The position numbers were made by a program, and so were the translations under genes. From an uncultured Acidobacteriota bacterium (GTDB taxonomy: Bacteria > Acidobacteriota > Thermoanaerobaculia > Multivoradales > UBA5704), in NCBI GenBank assembly GCA_963700145.1, contig OY969474.1:1600001-1664000 (forward strand): a stretch of DNA of 64,000 nt. Direction: 5' to 3'. Below are positions 1 through 9,880 of the stretch, one piece after another. Numbering within the stretch: position 1 is the first letter of the stretch; each line of letters starts with the position of its first letter. The notes below the pieces were generated by a model. The model was not told the DNA's origin, did no database searches, and saw only the letters and a list, made by a program, of their open reading frames with translations.

Positions 1-50
1 ACCAGCGGCGTGTTGCCCATCGTCTCGAGGATGTCGGCGTGGATCTCCAT
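1..50 (-). CDS. 5' part of a PLP-dependent cysteine synthase / cystathionine beta-synthase (runs off window)
   Basis: Reverse strand from ATG at 50 reads MEIHADILETMGNTPLV, the GNTPLV N-terminal motif of the CysK/CBS family; GGAGAG RBS-like sequence upstream. Confidence 0.75.
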   Translation of the reverse strand, partial: MEIHADILETMGNTPL

Positions 51-70
51 GGCTCTCCGGTAGCGCAGTG

Positions 71-1162
71 TCAGGGGAGGAAAGGCGCCGCCAGCGTCGC
101 GACCTCGTTCTCGGCGAAGCGGGCGCGTGAGAGGTTGGTGAGCACCGCCACCGCCACCCGCGCGTCGGGGTAGACGAGGAGGAAGGCGCGCCCCCCTTCG
201 ATCGTCCCCCCGTGGTGGAGGATGCGGCGGCCGGCGGCGTCGGCGCCGATCCGCCAGGCGATCCCCACACCGGTCTCCTTGCCGTCGGCGGTCGCTTGCG
301 AGGTGAAGAGGAGCTTGCGAGTCTCGGGGCGCAGGAAGCCGTCGGCGAGATGGGCCGAGGCGAAGCGCACGAGGTCCGGCGCCGTCGAGAGCAGGCCGCC
401 CGAGGGCCACTTGTAGCTGCTGTCGATCGGTTGCTCGTTCTGGAAGCCGCCCCCCTCGGCCGCGGCGTACGGCCGGGCGCGGCGCTCGACGATTCGCTCG
501 ACGTCGTCGGCTTGAGTGCCGGCGAGCCCGAGCGGCGCGAGGACCCCCTCCTCGAGCGCGGCGAGGAACTTCCGCCCGGCGGCGGCCTCGGCGACGGCGC
601 CGAGCAGGTTGTAGCCGTAGCTCGAGTAGAGGTAAGCCGAGCCCGGCGCGTGGGCCAACGGGTCGGCGCGGAAGATCGCGAGCCCTTCGCCGAGGCTCGC
701 GTAGCGCTTGACCGGGAGCAGGAAGTCGGCCGGCAGGTAGTGGCGGATCCCGGCGAGGTGGCCGGCGAGCTGCCGCGCGGTGATCGGCTGCCCCTTGTCG
801 GGAAACTCGGGCAGGTAGCGTTGGATGGGGGCGTCGAGGTCGAGCTTCCCCGCCTCGACGAGCCGGGCGACCAGGGCGGCGGTGAAGAGCTTCGAGACGC
901 TGCCGATGCGGAAGCGGGTGTCCGGCGTCGCCGCCACCTTCTGCTCGAGGTCGGCCCAGCCGAACCCCTCCGCCCAGACCAGGGTGCCGTCCACCGCCAC
1001 GGCGGCGGCGAGGCCGGGGGATCCCACCTGCTCGCGCAACGCTGCGGCGGCCGCGTGCGCGGCGGCGGCGGCCGGAGGCGCGCTCGCCGCCGGGGCCTGC
1101 GCCGCCGCGGCGCCCGTGAGGAGCGCGAGGAGCAGGGCTGCCGCGAGGCGTCGGATGGTCAT
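71..1162 (-). CDS. Secreted serine hydrolase, beta-lactamase class C-like family
   Basis: Signal peptide MTIRRLAAALLL..AAA; SxxK (GSVSK), YSS and HGG motifs; start overlaps upstream stop (ATGA). Confidence 0.9.
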   Translation of the reverse strand: MTIRRLAAALLLALLTGAAAAQAPAASAPPAAAAAHAAAAALREQVGSPGLAAAVAVDGTLVWAEGFGWADLEQKVAATPDTRFRIGSVSKLFTAALVARLVEAGKLDLDAPIQRYLPEFPDKGQPITARQLAGHLAGIRHYLPADFLLPVKRYASLGEGLAIFRADPLAHAPGSAYLYSSYGYNLLGAVAEAAAGRKFLAALEEGVLAPLGLAGTQADDVERIVERRARPYAAAEGGGFQNEQPIDSSYKWPSGGLLSTAPDLVRFASAHLADGFLRPETRKLLFTSQATADGKETGVGIAWRIGADAAGRRILHHGGTIEGGRAFLLVYPDARVAVAVLTNLSRARFAENEVATLAAPFLP

Positions 1163-1716
1163 GTGTCGGGGTCCCACTCCGGCTCGGGGTCGATCCCCAG
1201 GCCGTCGGAGAGGCGATTGTAGTAGTTGAAGAAGCCGACCACCTGGGCGATCGTGAGGATCGCGGCGTCGTCGAAGCCGGCGGCGCGCAGCGCCTCGACG
1301 TCGGCGGCGGTGACCTCGCGCGGCGTCAGGGTGAGCTTGCGCGCATAGGCGAGCATGGCGCGGTCGGCGGGTGTGAGATCTCCTTCACCCTCTTCGGCCG
1401 CCGCCGCCAACCGCTCCCCCGCTTCGCCCGCGACCTCGGCCCGGAGGTCGTCCGCGTGCGCGCGGGTTCAGTAGTGGCAGTCGTTGGCGCGCGAGACGGC
1501 GACGGCGATCATCTCGCGCTGGGCGCGGCTGAGCGGGCCGCCGGGGGCGAGCATCAACCGCCGGTAGAGCTCGATCGAGGCCTCCAGCACCTCCGGCTGC
1601 AGGCCCTGCAGGCGCACCACGTTGAAGACCTTGCCGGCGCGCGCCAGCGCCTCGTCGTAGAGACGGCGCAGCGTCCCTTGCGCCTCGTCGGGGGGGATGG
1701 TGCGGATCCAGGCCAC
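1159..1716 (-). CDS. AhpD/carboxymuconolactone decarboxylase-like peroxidase-related protein, probable selenoprotein (CxxU)
   Basis: ORFs 1468..1716 and 1159..1410 are in the same frame, separated only by TGA at 1468-1470; readthrough gives REMIAVAVSRANDCHY-U-TRAH, matching the AhpD ExxxxxxSxxNxCxxCxxxH motif; hairpin downstream. Confidence 0.85.
1427..1466 (-). promoter_or_regulatory. Putative bacterial SECIS-like stem-loop
   Basis: On the mRNA strand CGACCTC-CGGGCC-GAGGTCG begins 17 nt after the UGA, with possible lower pairing CCCG/CGGG. Confidence 0.55.
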
Positions 1717-1717
1717 G

Positions 1718-2989
1718 CTAGAGCTGCTCGTTGAACTGGTAGCAGAAGGCGTCCGCCAGCCGGTGCCAGAAACTGCGCTTCAAGAAGTCGTCCGCGCGCA
1801 GCGGCTTGCACTTCAGGAGGTCGGCCTCGAAGACGGCCTTGAGCTCGGCGGCGATCCCCTCGTCGAGGATCCCCACCCCGGCCTCCTCGTTGATGTCGAA
1901 GGAGCGGTCGTCGAGGTTGGTGGAGCCGACGTGCGAGAAGAGGCCGTCGATGACGATCACCTTCTGGTGCGTCAGCGTCTCCTGGTGCTCCCACATCTTG
2001 ACGCCGTCGCGCAGCAGCTCCCCGTAGCGGAAGTGCCCGGCGTGGCGGACCAGGCGGCTGTCGATGTACGGCCCGGGGACCATCACCTTGACCTCGACGC
2101 CGCGGCGCGCCACCTTGGTCAGCAGGTCGCAGGCCGCGCGGTTGGGGATGAAGTAGGGGTTGGAGATGATCAGCTCGTGTTGCGCCGTCGCGATCGCCAC
2201 CTGGAACAGCAGCTCGAAGTCCGAGATCCCCCCTTTCGGCGAGCCGCTGACGACGTGCATCCGCAGGTCGCCCGCCCGCTCGAGGGCGGGGAAATACCTC
2301 GGGCCGATCAGGACCTGTCCGGTCTCTTCCACCCAGTGCTCGGAGAAGACCGACTGCACCATGTTGACCACCGGGCCGCGCAGGCGCACGCCGGTGTCGC
2401 GCCAGTGGTCCTTGTCCTGGCCGTTGCCGGTCCACTGCTGGGCGATGCCGTGGCCGAAGATGTAGCCGATGCGGCCGTCGAAAACCGCGAGCTTGCGGTG
2501 CGTGCGCTTGTTGAGCACCCCGAGGTGGTAGAGGCGGAGGCGGTTGAAGACCTCCACCCGGCAGCCGGCGCGCCGCATCTGCCGGCGCAGCCGCCGCTCC
2601 ATGGTGAAGGCGCCGAGGGCGTCGAGCATCACCCGCACCTCGACCCCCTCGCGCGCGCGCGCCGCGAGCGCCGCCGCCACCTCGTGGCAGATCTCCCCGC
2701 GCCACCAGACGTAGGTCTCGAGGTGGATCGACGTCTCGGCGGCGGCGATGTCGGCGAGGAGCGGCGGGAAGAAGCCGTCCCCGTTCTGCAGCAGCTCGAC
2801 CGCGTTCCCCGCGGTCATCGGCGCGCCGCTGAGTCCGACGAGCGAGCAGAGCCCGTCCTCGAGCCGGGTGAGATCCTGCGGGATGCGCACCTTGAAGCGG
2901 ACCTCGTGCAGGTTGTTGTAGAGCATCAGCCCGAGCGCGGCGAACGCCAGGACCATCAGCCCGAAGAGCCAGAGAGGGAGCTCGATCAC
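1718..2989 (-). CDS. cls: Cardiolipin synthase (phospholipase D family)
   Basis: Two HKD motifs (HRKLAVFD, HQKVIVID..GSTNLD); N-terminal TM helix; GTG start overlapping upstream TGA. Confidence 0.9.
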   Translation of the reverse strand: MIELPLWLFGLMVLAFAALGLMLYNNLHEVRFKVRIPQDLTRLEDGLCSLVGLSGAPMTAGNAVELLQNGDGFFPPLLADIAAAETSIHLETYVWWRGEICHEVAAALAARAREGVEVRVMLDALGAFTMERRLRRQMRRAGCRVEVFNRLRLYHLGVLNKRTHRKLAVFDGRIGYIFGHGIAQQWTGNGQDKDHWRDTGVRLRGPVVNMVQSVFSEHWVEETGQVLIGPRYFPALERAGDLRMHVVSGSPKGGISDFELLFQVAIATAQHELIISNPYFIPNRAACDLLTKVARRGVEVKVMVPGPYIDSRLVRHAGHFRYGELLRDGVKMWEHQETLTHQKVIVIDGLFSHVGSTNLDDRSFDINEEAGVGILDEGIAAELKAVFEADLLKCKPLRADDFLKRSFWHRLADAFCYQFNEQL

Positions 2990-3753
2990 CGGCGCAGGTC
3001 GACGACGACGGGGAAGTGGTCGGAGGGGCCGCCGCGGGGGATGCGCTCGCCGACGATGTGCCAGCCGGCGTCGGCGAAGACGTAGTCGAGGCGCTGGCGG
3101 GTCATGCGGTGGGTCGACTCCATGGCGTCGCCGCACATGCGGAAGAGGTCGGCGGCCATCAGGTGCCGCAGCTCCGGCGCCTCGGGCGGGGCGTTGAGGT
3201 CGCCGACCAGGACGAACGGCTCGCCGCAGCCGTGCAGCCGCTCGGCCACGTGCTGCACCTGGAGGTGGCGCGACGGCGAGGTCAGCCGCCCCCAGGCCGA
3301 GAGATGAGTGACGAAGAAGCGCAGCCGCTGACCGCGCAGCTCGACGTCGGTGTCGAGCAGGGTCCGCGGCTCGCCGCTGCCGGGGAGCTTCACCACCTCG
3401 GCGGAACGGATCGTGCCGCGGGTCAGGACGGCGTTGCCCACCTCCCAGCGCCGCCCGTCGCGCCCGGCGCCGGCGAGGCTCGCCTCGAAGTGGGAGGTCA
3501 TGCCGGTCAGGCGCGCCAGCTCCTCAATCTGATCGGCGAAGCGCGACATCCAGGTGCCGCGGTGGACCTCCTGCAGGCCGACGACGTCCGGCGCCTCGCG
3601 CTGGATCGCCTCCGCCACCCAGCGCAGGTAGGCGCCGGTCAGGACGTGGGCCTGCCCGAGGACGTTGTAGGACATCACCCGCAGGTCGAAGGGATCGGCC
3701 ACGCGTGGAGGCGCCTCAAGAAACGTACCAGCCCCCGCCGCCGGCGCCGTCAT
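2986..3753 (-). CDS. Endonuclease/exonuclease/phosphatase (EEP) family protein
   Basis: SYNV, LQEV, GDLN, DYVF and SDHFP motifs; adjacent to cls as in ybhP-clsB. Confidence 0.9.
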   Translation of the reverse strand: MTAPAAGAGTFLEAPPRVADPFDLRVMSYNVLGQAHVLTGAYLRWVAEAIQREAPDVVGLQEVHRGTWMSRFADQIEELARLTGMTSHFEASLAGAGRDGRRWEVGNAVLTRGTIRSAEVVKLPGSGEPRTLLDTDVELRGQRLRFFVTHLSAWGRLTSPSRHLQVQHVAERLHGCGEPFVLVGDLNAPPEAPELRHLMAADLFRMCGDAMESTHRMTRQRLDYVFADAGWHIVGERIPRGGPSDHFPVVVDLRR

Positions 3754-4385
3754 CGCACCCCCCAGAGCTTGTGTTGCTGGAGAGAGAGCCGCCACGGCGG
3801 GTTCTCTCGGACCAGCCGGACGCACCAGTCGAGCGCCCGGCGGTCGAGGTCGGGGCCGTCGAACGCCGGCGAGATCAGGTAGTGGTCGGCCTCGACGACG
3901 GTCTCCGGCACCGCCTGGCCGTAGCCGCGGACGTACTTGACCTCGTCGGCGCGGCGCTGGCGGATGGCGTGCTCGGCGACCTTCGGGCTCACCGTCACCC
4001 AGTCGAGCCCCGGCGGCAGCGCGACGCTGCCGTTGGTCTCGATCGCGAGTTGGTAACCGGCCGCGTGCAGCGCCGCGATGAGCGGCGCATCCACCTGCAG
4101 CGCCGGCTCGCCGCCGGTCAGCACGATCCAGCGGCAGTCCGGGCTCGCCGCCCGCAGCTCGGCGAGGAGCTCCTCGGTCTCGAGCCACCGCCCCGACTCG
4201 AACTCGGTGTCGCAGTCGAAGCCGTGCGTCTCCTGCGCGCAGGCCTGGTTGCAGCGGGCGAAGCGGAGGAAGAGGTTCGCCGTGCCGGCGCGCATGCCTT
4301 CCCCCTGCAGGCTGTAGAAGATCTCGTTGACGAGATAGCGCCCCGCGGCCACGCCCGCAACTCTATGCGTTTGTGGGTCTGGCAT
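3750..4385 (-). CDS. queE: 7-carboxy-7-deazaguanine synthase (radical SAM)
   Basis: EIFYSLQGEG, LRF.RCN..C...CDT, TGGEP, ETNG, VSPK and LSLQQHK motifs. Confidence 0.9.
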   Translation of the reverse strand: MPDPQTHRVAGVAAGRYLVNEIFYSLQGEGMRAGTANLFLRFARCNQACAQETHGFDCDTEFESGRWLETEELLAELRAASPDCRWIVLTGGEPALQVDAPLIAALHAAGYQLAIETNGSVALPPGLDWVTVSPKVAEHAIRQRRADEVKYVRGYGQAVPETVVEADHYLISPAFDGPDLDRRALDWCVRLVRENPPWRLSLQQHKLWGVR

Positions 4386-4425
4386 CGCCCTTGCTGTTAT
4401 GGCCTGCCGCCGGAGGTCCTAACTC

Positions 4426-5499
4426 GTGATGACCCGCTCGAACCTCCCCTCGGCCCTGGTCTTCCTGCTCCTTGCCACCGCACCCGCCGCAGCGCAGATG
4501 CCGCAACGGCTCAGCGGTGCCGAGGTCGCCTGCAACGCCAACCAGCTCACCGGGCTGCTCGCCCGTTCCTACATCCGCATGGCGAGCTCGACCTCGGAGA
4601 AGCCGGTGGTGCTGTCGTTCACCTACAGCACGGTGGAAGGGGGCCTCGCCGGCCTCGCCTACACCGAGCAGTTCGAGACCGACAGCGACCTGGCCGCCAC
4701 GCCGGAGCACCATCTCTGGTTCACCGGCAACCCGCACGAGCCGCGCCTGTTGCGCAACCCGAATAGGCCGCAGCTCGACGCCATGAGCTTCACCCGCAGC
4801 CGCCTCAACTCCGACCTCGTCACCCGCGCGCAGGCGGACGCCATGGCGGTGGTGCTCGATCCCACCGCCGATCCGGCGAAGAACACCAACCTGTCCGCGC
4901 TGCTGGCGATCGACAACATCGACGGCCCGCAGGGCGTGGCGACGGACGCCAAGCCGGGGCGCGGACTGGCCGGGCTGATCCAGGCCTGCCACATGAAGCT
5001 GGCGGCGTCCGACCTGCACGTGCTGTCGGTCCTCGCCAAGACCCTGCGCTCCTTCGCCTACAGCACCGACTCGAGCGACACCACGGCGTTCCTGCGCTCG
5101 AAGCTGGTGGCCATCTACCGCGGCGAAGACTCGGAGGACTGGGGCGGGGGCACGCGCACCGCCTACCGCATCGACATCTTCCCCATCGACGCCTCGGGCA
5201 GCGCCGGCCGCGCCGCCTTCGAGATGGTGGTGGAGATCGAAGCCGACGGCACCCTCGGCGACGCGACGCTGGCGGCGCTCCCCGCCTGCACGACGGCGGG
5301 CCAGCGCGACTGCACCACCACCAAGGCGGAGGTGCAGGCGGCGATCATCCGCCCGGTCCACGCCGGCGAGTTCTGGTCGATCTCGGGGCTGCCGCTGGTC
5401 TGCGCCAACGCGGCGAAGGGGAGCTCCTGCAAGCAGCAGGTGAGCTTCTCGTTCGGCGAGCGGCTGGCCGGCACGAGCTGGCTGCGGCCGATCGACTGA
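4426..5499 (+). CDS. Secreted hypothetical protein
   Basis: GGAGG RBS, signal peptide ending AAAQ, coding-like GC3 bias; no family recognised. Confidence 0.75.
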   Translation: MMTRSNLPSALVFLLLATAPAAAQMPQRLSGAEVACNANQLTGLLARSYIRMASSTSEKPVVLSFTYSTVEGGLAGLAYTEQFETDSDLAATPEHHLWFTGNPHEPRLLRNPNRPQLDAMSFTRSRLNSDLVTRAQADAMAVVLDPTADPAKNTNLSALLAIDNIDGPQGVATDAKPGRGLAGLIQACHMKLAASDLHVLSVLAKTLRSFAYSTDSSDTTAFLRSKLVAIYRGEDSEDWGGGTRTAYRIDIFPIDASGSAGRAAFEMVVEIEADGTLGDATLAALPACTTAGQRDCTTTKAEVQAAIIRPVHAGEFWSISGLPLVCANAAKGSSCKQQVSFSFGERLAGTSWLRPID

Positions 5500-5556
5500 G
5501 CCGCGGGCGCGACTTACAATCGCCTCCTCTCTCGCGGAGAGGGAGGTGAGGGCGCG

Positions 5557-7515
5557 GTGGACGAGCACAAGGTCGAGGAGCTGCTGGACGGCGCGTTGCG
5601 CGGATTGCGCGCGGCGGTGCTCGTGGCCGACGCCGGCGGCGCCGTCATTTACGCCAGCCCCGAGGCCGAGCGCCTAACCCAGGCCCCCTGGGAGCCGGCC
5701 GGCAGCCGGCCCCTCGCCGAGGTCCTGGCCCTGCACGCCGAAGCCGGCGGCGAGCCCGTGCCTCTGCCCGGTCCCGGCGACCCGGCGCGCGACCTCGGCG
5801 AGGCGATCGTGCGCGGGCGGCAGGGGCAGGAGACGCCGGTCCACGGCAGCGTCTCGCCGCTGGCGGACGGCGGCCTGGTCGTCCTCCTCCACGACGACTC
5901 CGAAGGCCGGCGCCGCCTCCGCGCCCTGGGCGCCAGCGAAGAGCGCTACCACTCCTTCTTCGAGCTCTCCTCGGCCGGCTGCTGGCGCTTCGAGCTCGAG
6001 CGCCCCTGCCCCACCGACCTTCCCGAGGACGAGCAGATCGACCACTTCTACCGCCACGGCTACCTCGCCGAGTGCAACGAGGAGATGGCGCGGATGTACG
6101 GCTTCGCGGCGCCGGCCGAGATCGTCGGCGCGCGATTGGGCGACTTCCTGCCGCGCGCCGATTCCCACAACGTCGACTACCTCCTCGCCTTCGTCCGCTC
6201 CGGCTACCGCCTGCAGGGCGCCGAGTCGCACGAGGTGGACCGGGAGGGGAACCCCAAGTTCTTCGTCAACCACCTCGTCGGGGTGCTCGAGGACGGCCTC
6301 CTCCGCCGCGCCTGGGGGAGCCAGCACGACGTCAGCGAGCGCAAGCGCCTGGAGGAGGAGCTGCGGCGGCAGGCCGCCGAGCTCGCCGAGGCCGACCGCC
6401 GGAAGGACCGGTTCCTCGCTCTGCTGGCCCACGAGCTGCGCAACCCGCTCGCCCCGATCCGCAACGCCGTCGAGGCCCTGCGCCTGGACTCCTCCTCGCT
6501 GGAGTGGTCGCGCTCGGTCGTCGAGCGCCAGGTGCGCCACCTCTCGCACCTGGTCGAGGACCTGCTCGACGTCTCGCGCATCACGCTGGGGGAGATCCGG
6601 CTGCGGCGCGAGCGGGTGCTGCTGCACGACATCGTCGGCCATGCCGTCGAGGCCGCCCGCCCGCTGATCGAGGAGCGCGGCCACATCCTCACCGTGGCTC
6701 TGCCCTCCGACCCGATCGAGCTGCGCGGCGACACGGCGCGGCTCGAGCAGGTGCTCGTCAACCTCCTCAACAACGCCGCCAAGTACACGCCCCCTGAGGG
6801 CCGCATCGACCTCTCCGCGGAGCTGGAGGACGGGCGGGTGGCGGTGCGGGTCAAGGACAACGGCATCGGCTTCTCTGGCGAGCTGCGGGAGGGGCTCTTC
6901 CAGCCCTTCGTGCACGCCGAGGCCTCGGCCGACCGCGCCGACGGCGGCCTGGGCCTCGGGCTGGCGCTCGCCCGGCGCCTGGTGGAGCTCCACGGCGGCA
7001 CGATCGCCGCCGCCAGCGAAGGGCCGGGGATGGGGAGCGAGTTCACGGTGACCCTGCCGGGGGCCGAGGCGAGCGTCGAGCCGGAGGTCCCGCCGCCGCC
7101 GCAGACGACGGTCGCCGGCCGGCCGGTGCGCGGCCTGCGCATCCTGGTGGTGGACGACAACCGCGACGCCGCCGAGAGCCTCGGCGTGCTCCTGTGCATG
7201 TGGGGGCACGAGACGCTCCTGGCCTACGACGGCCCGGCGGCGCTCGAAGAGGTGCGGCGGGCGCGGCCGGAGGTCGTGCTCCTCGACATCGGCCTGCCGG
7301 AAATGGACGGCTACGAGGTGGCGCGGCGGCTGCGGCGCCTCAAGGAGGGGCGCGACCTCCTGCTCGTCGCCGTCACCGGCTACGGCCAGCGCGAGGACCG
7401 CCGCCTCTCCCAGGAGGCCGGCTTCGACGACCACCTGGTCAAGCCCGTCGAGCCCACCTTCCTCCGCCACCTCCTCGCCAGCTACGGGGCGCGGGACGTC
7501 CCGCCCGGCGCCTAG
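5557..7515 (+). CDS. Hybrid PAS sensor histidine kinase / response regulator
   Basis: PAS-like N-terminus, H-box [10 protein letters not shown]-box [20 protein letters not shown]; C-terminal REC domain (VVDD, LLDIGLP, KP). Confidence 0.93.
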   Translation: MDEHKVEELLDGALRGLRAAVLVADAGGAVIYASPEAERLTQAPWEPAGSRPLAEVLALHAEAGGEPVPLPGPGDPARDLGEAIVRGRQGQETPVHGSVSPLADGGLVVLLHDDSEGRRRLRALGASEERYHSFFELSSAGCWRFELERPCPTDLPEDEQIDHFYRHGYLAECNEEMARMYGFAAPAEIVGARLGDFLPRADSHNVDYLLAFVRSGYRLQGAESHEVDREGNPKFFVNHLVGVLEDGLLRRAWGSQHDVSERKRLEEELRRQAAELAEADRRKDRFLALLAHELRNPLAPIRNAVEALRLDSSSLEWSRSVVERQVRHLSHLVEDLLDVSRITLGEIRLRRERVLLHDIVGHAVEAARPLIEERGHILTVALPSDPIELRGDTARLEQVLVNLLNNAAKYTPPEGRIDLSAELEDGRVAVRVKDNGIGFSGELREGLFQPFVHAEASADRADGGLGLGLALARRLVELHGGTIAAASEGPGMGSEFTVTLPGAEASVEPEVPPPPQTTVAGRPVRGLRILVVDDNRDAAESLGVLLCMWGHETLLAYDGPAALEEVRRARPEVVLLDIGLPEMDGYEVARRLRRLKEGRDLLLVAVTGYGQREDRRLSQEAGFDDHLVKPVEPTFLRHLLASYGARDVPPGA

Positions 7516-7517
7516 CG

Positions 7518-9470
<1,953 letters not shown>

Positions 9471-9513
9471 CCTCGCATCGTAGCCCTCGCGCCGGGGGCC
9501 GTCAAACGCGCGC

Positions 9514-9720
9514 GCGAATGGCGCAGGTAGACGCGCGAATAGGACCGGTACAGCGGCGAATGGGACCGGTACGGCGACGATGGGACAGGTGCGGCGGCGA
9601 TTGGGCTGGGTACGGCGGGGAATGGGCCAAGTGCGCGGGTGAATGGGCTGGTAGGGCGGCGAATGGGCCAGGTATGCGGCGTAACCGCTCCATTCGTCCG
9701 CGGACCTGTCCCATTCGTCC
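9514..9720. repeat. Degenerate 20-21-bp tandem array (consensus GCGAATGGGNCNGGTRCGGCG), about 8 direct plus 2 inverted units
   Basis: Units start at 9514, 9535, 9556, 9577, 9597, 9618, 9639 and 9659; reverse-oriented copies at 9685-9720. Confidence 0.75.
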
Positions 9721-9880
9721 GAAAAATCCACCTATCCGCCAGCCACCCAGGGGATTCGCTCCGCGAAGCCTTCCATTCGCCGTCCGCAAGCAGCGGATCG
9801 CCAGCCCGAGAGGCTTACCCGCCCGCCAAGAGGCTGCATCGCAAGCCAAGGACGGTGGCCGCGACGGTAGACTCCACCTG

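Noticed and set aside
9514-9720. 21-bp arrays (here and 31530-31850) as CRISPR, or ORFs 9465..9731 and 9518..9880 as coding
   Set aside because: No unique spacers; indels break the frame here; the S46 signal peptide starts at 9881
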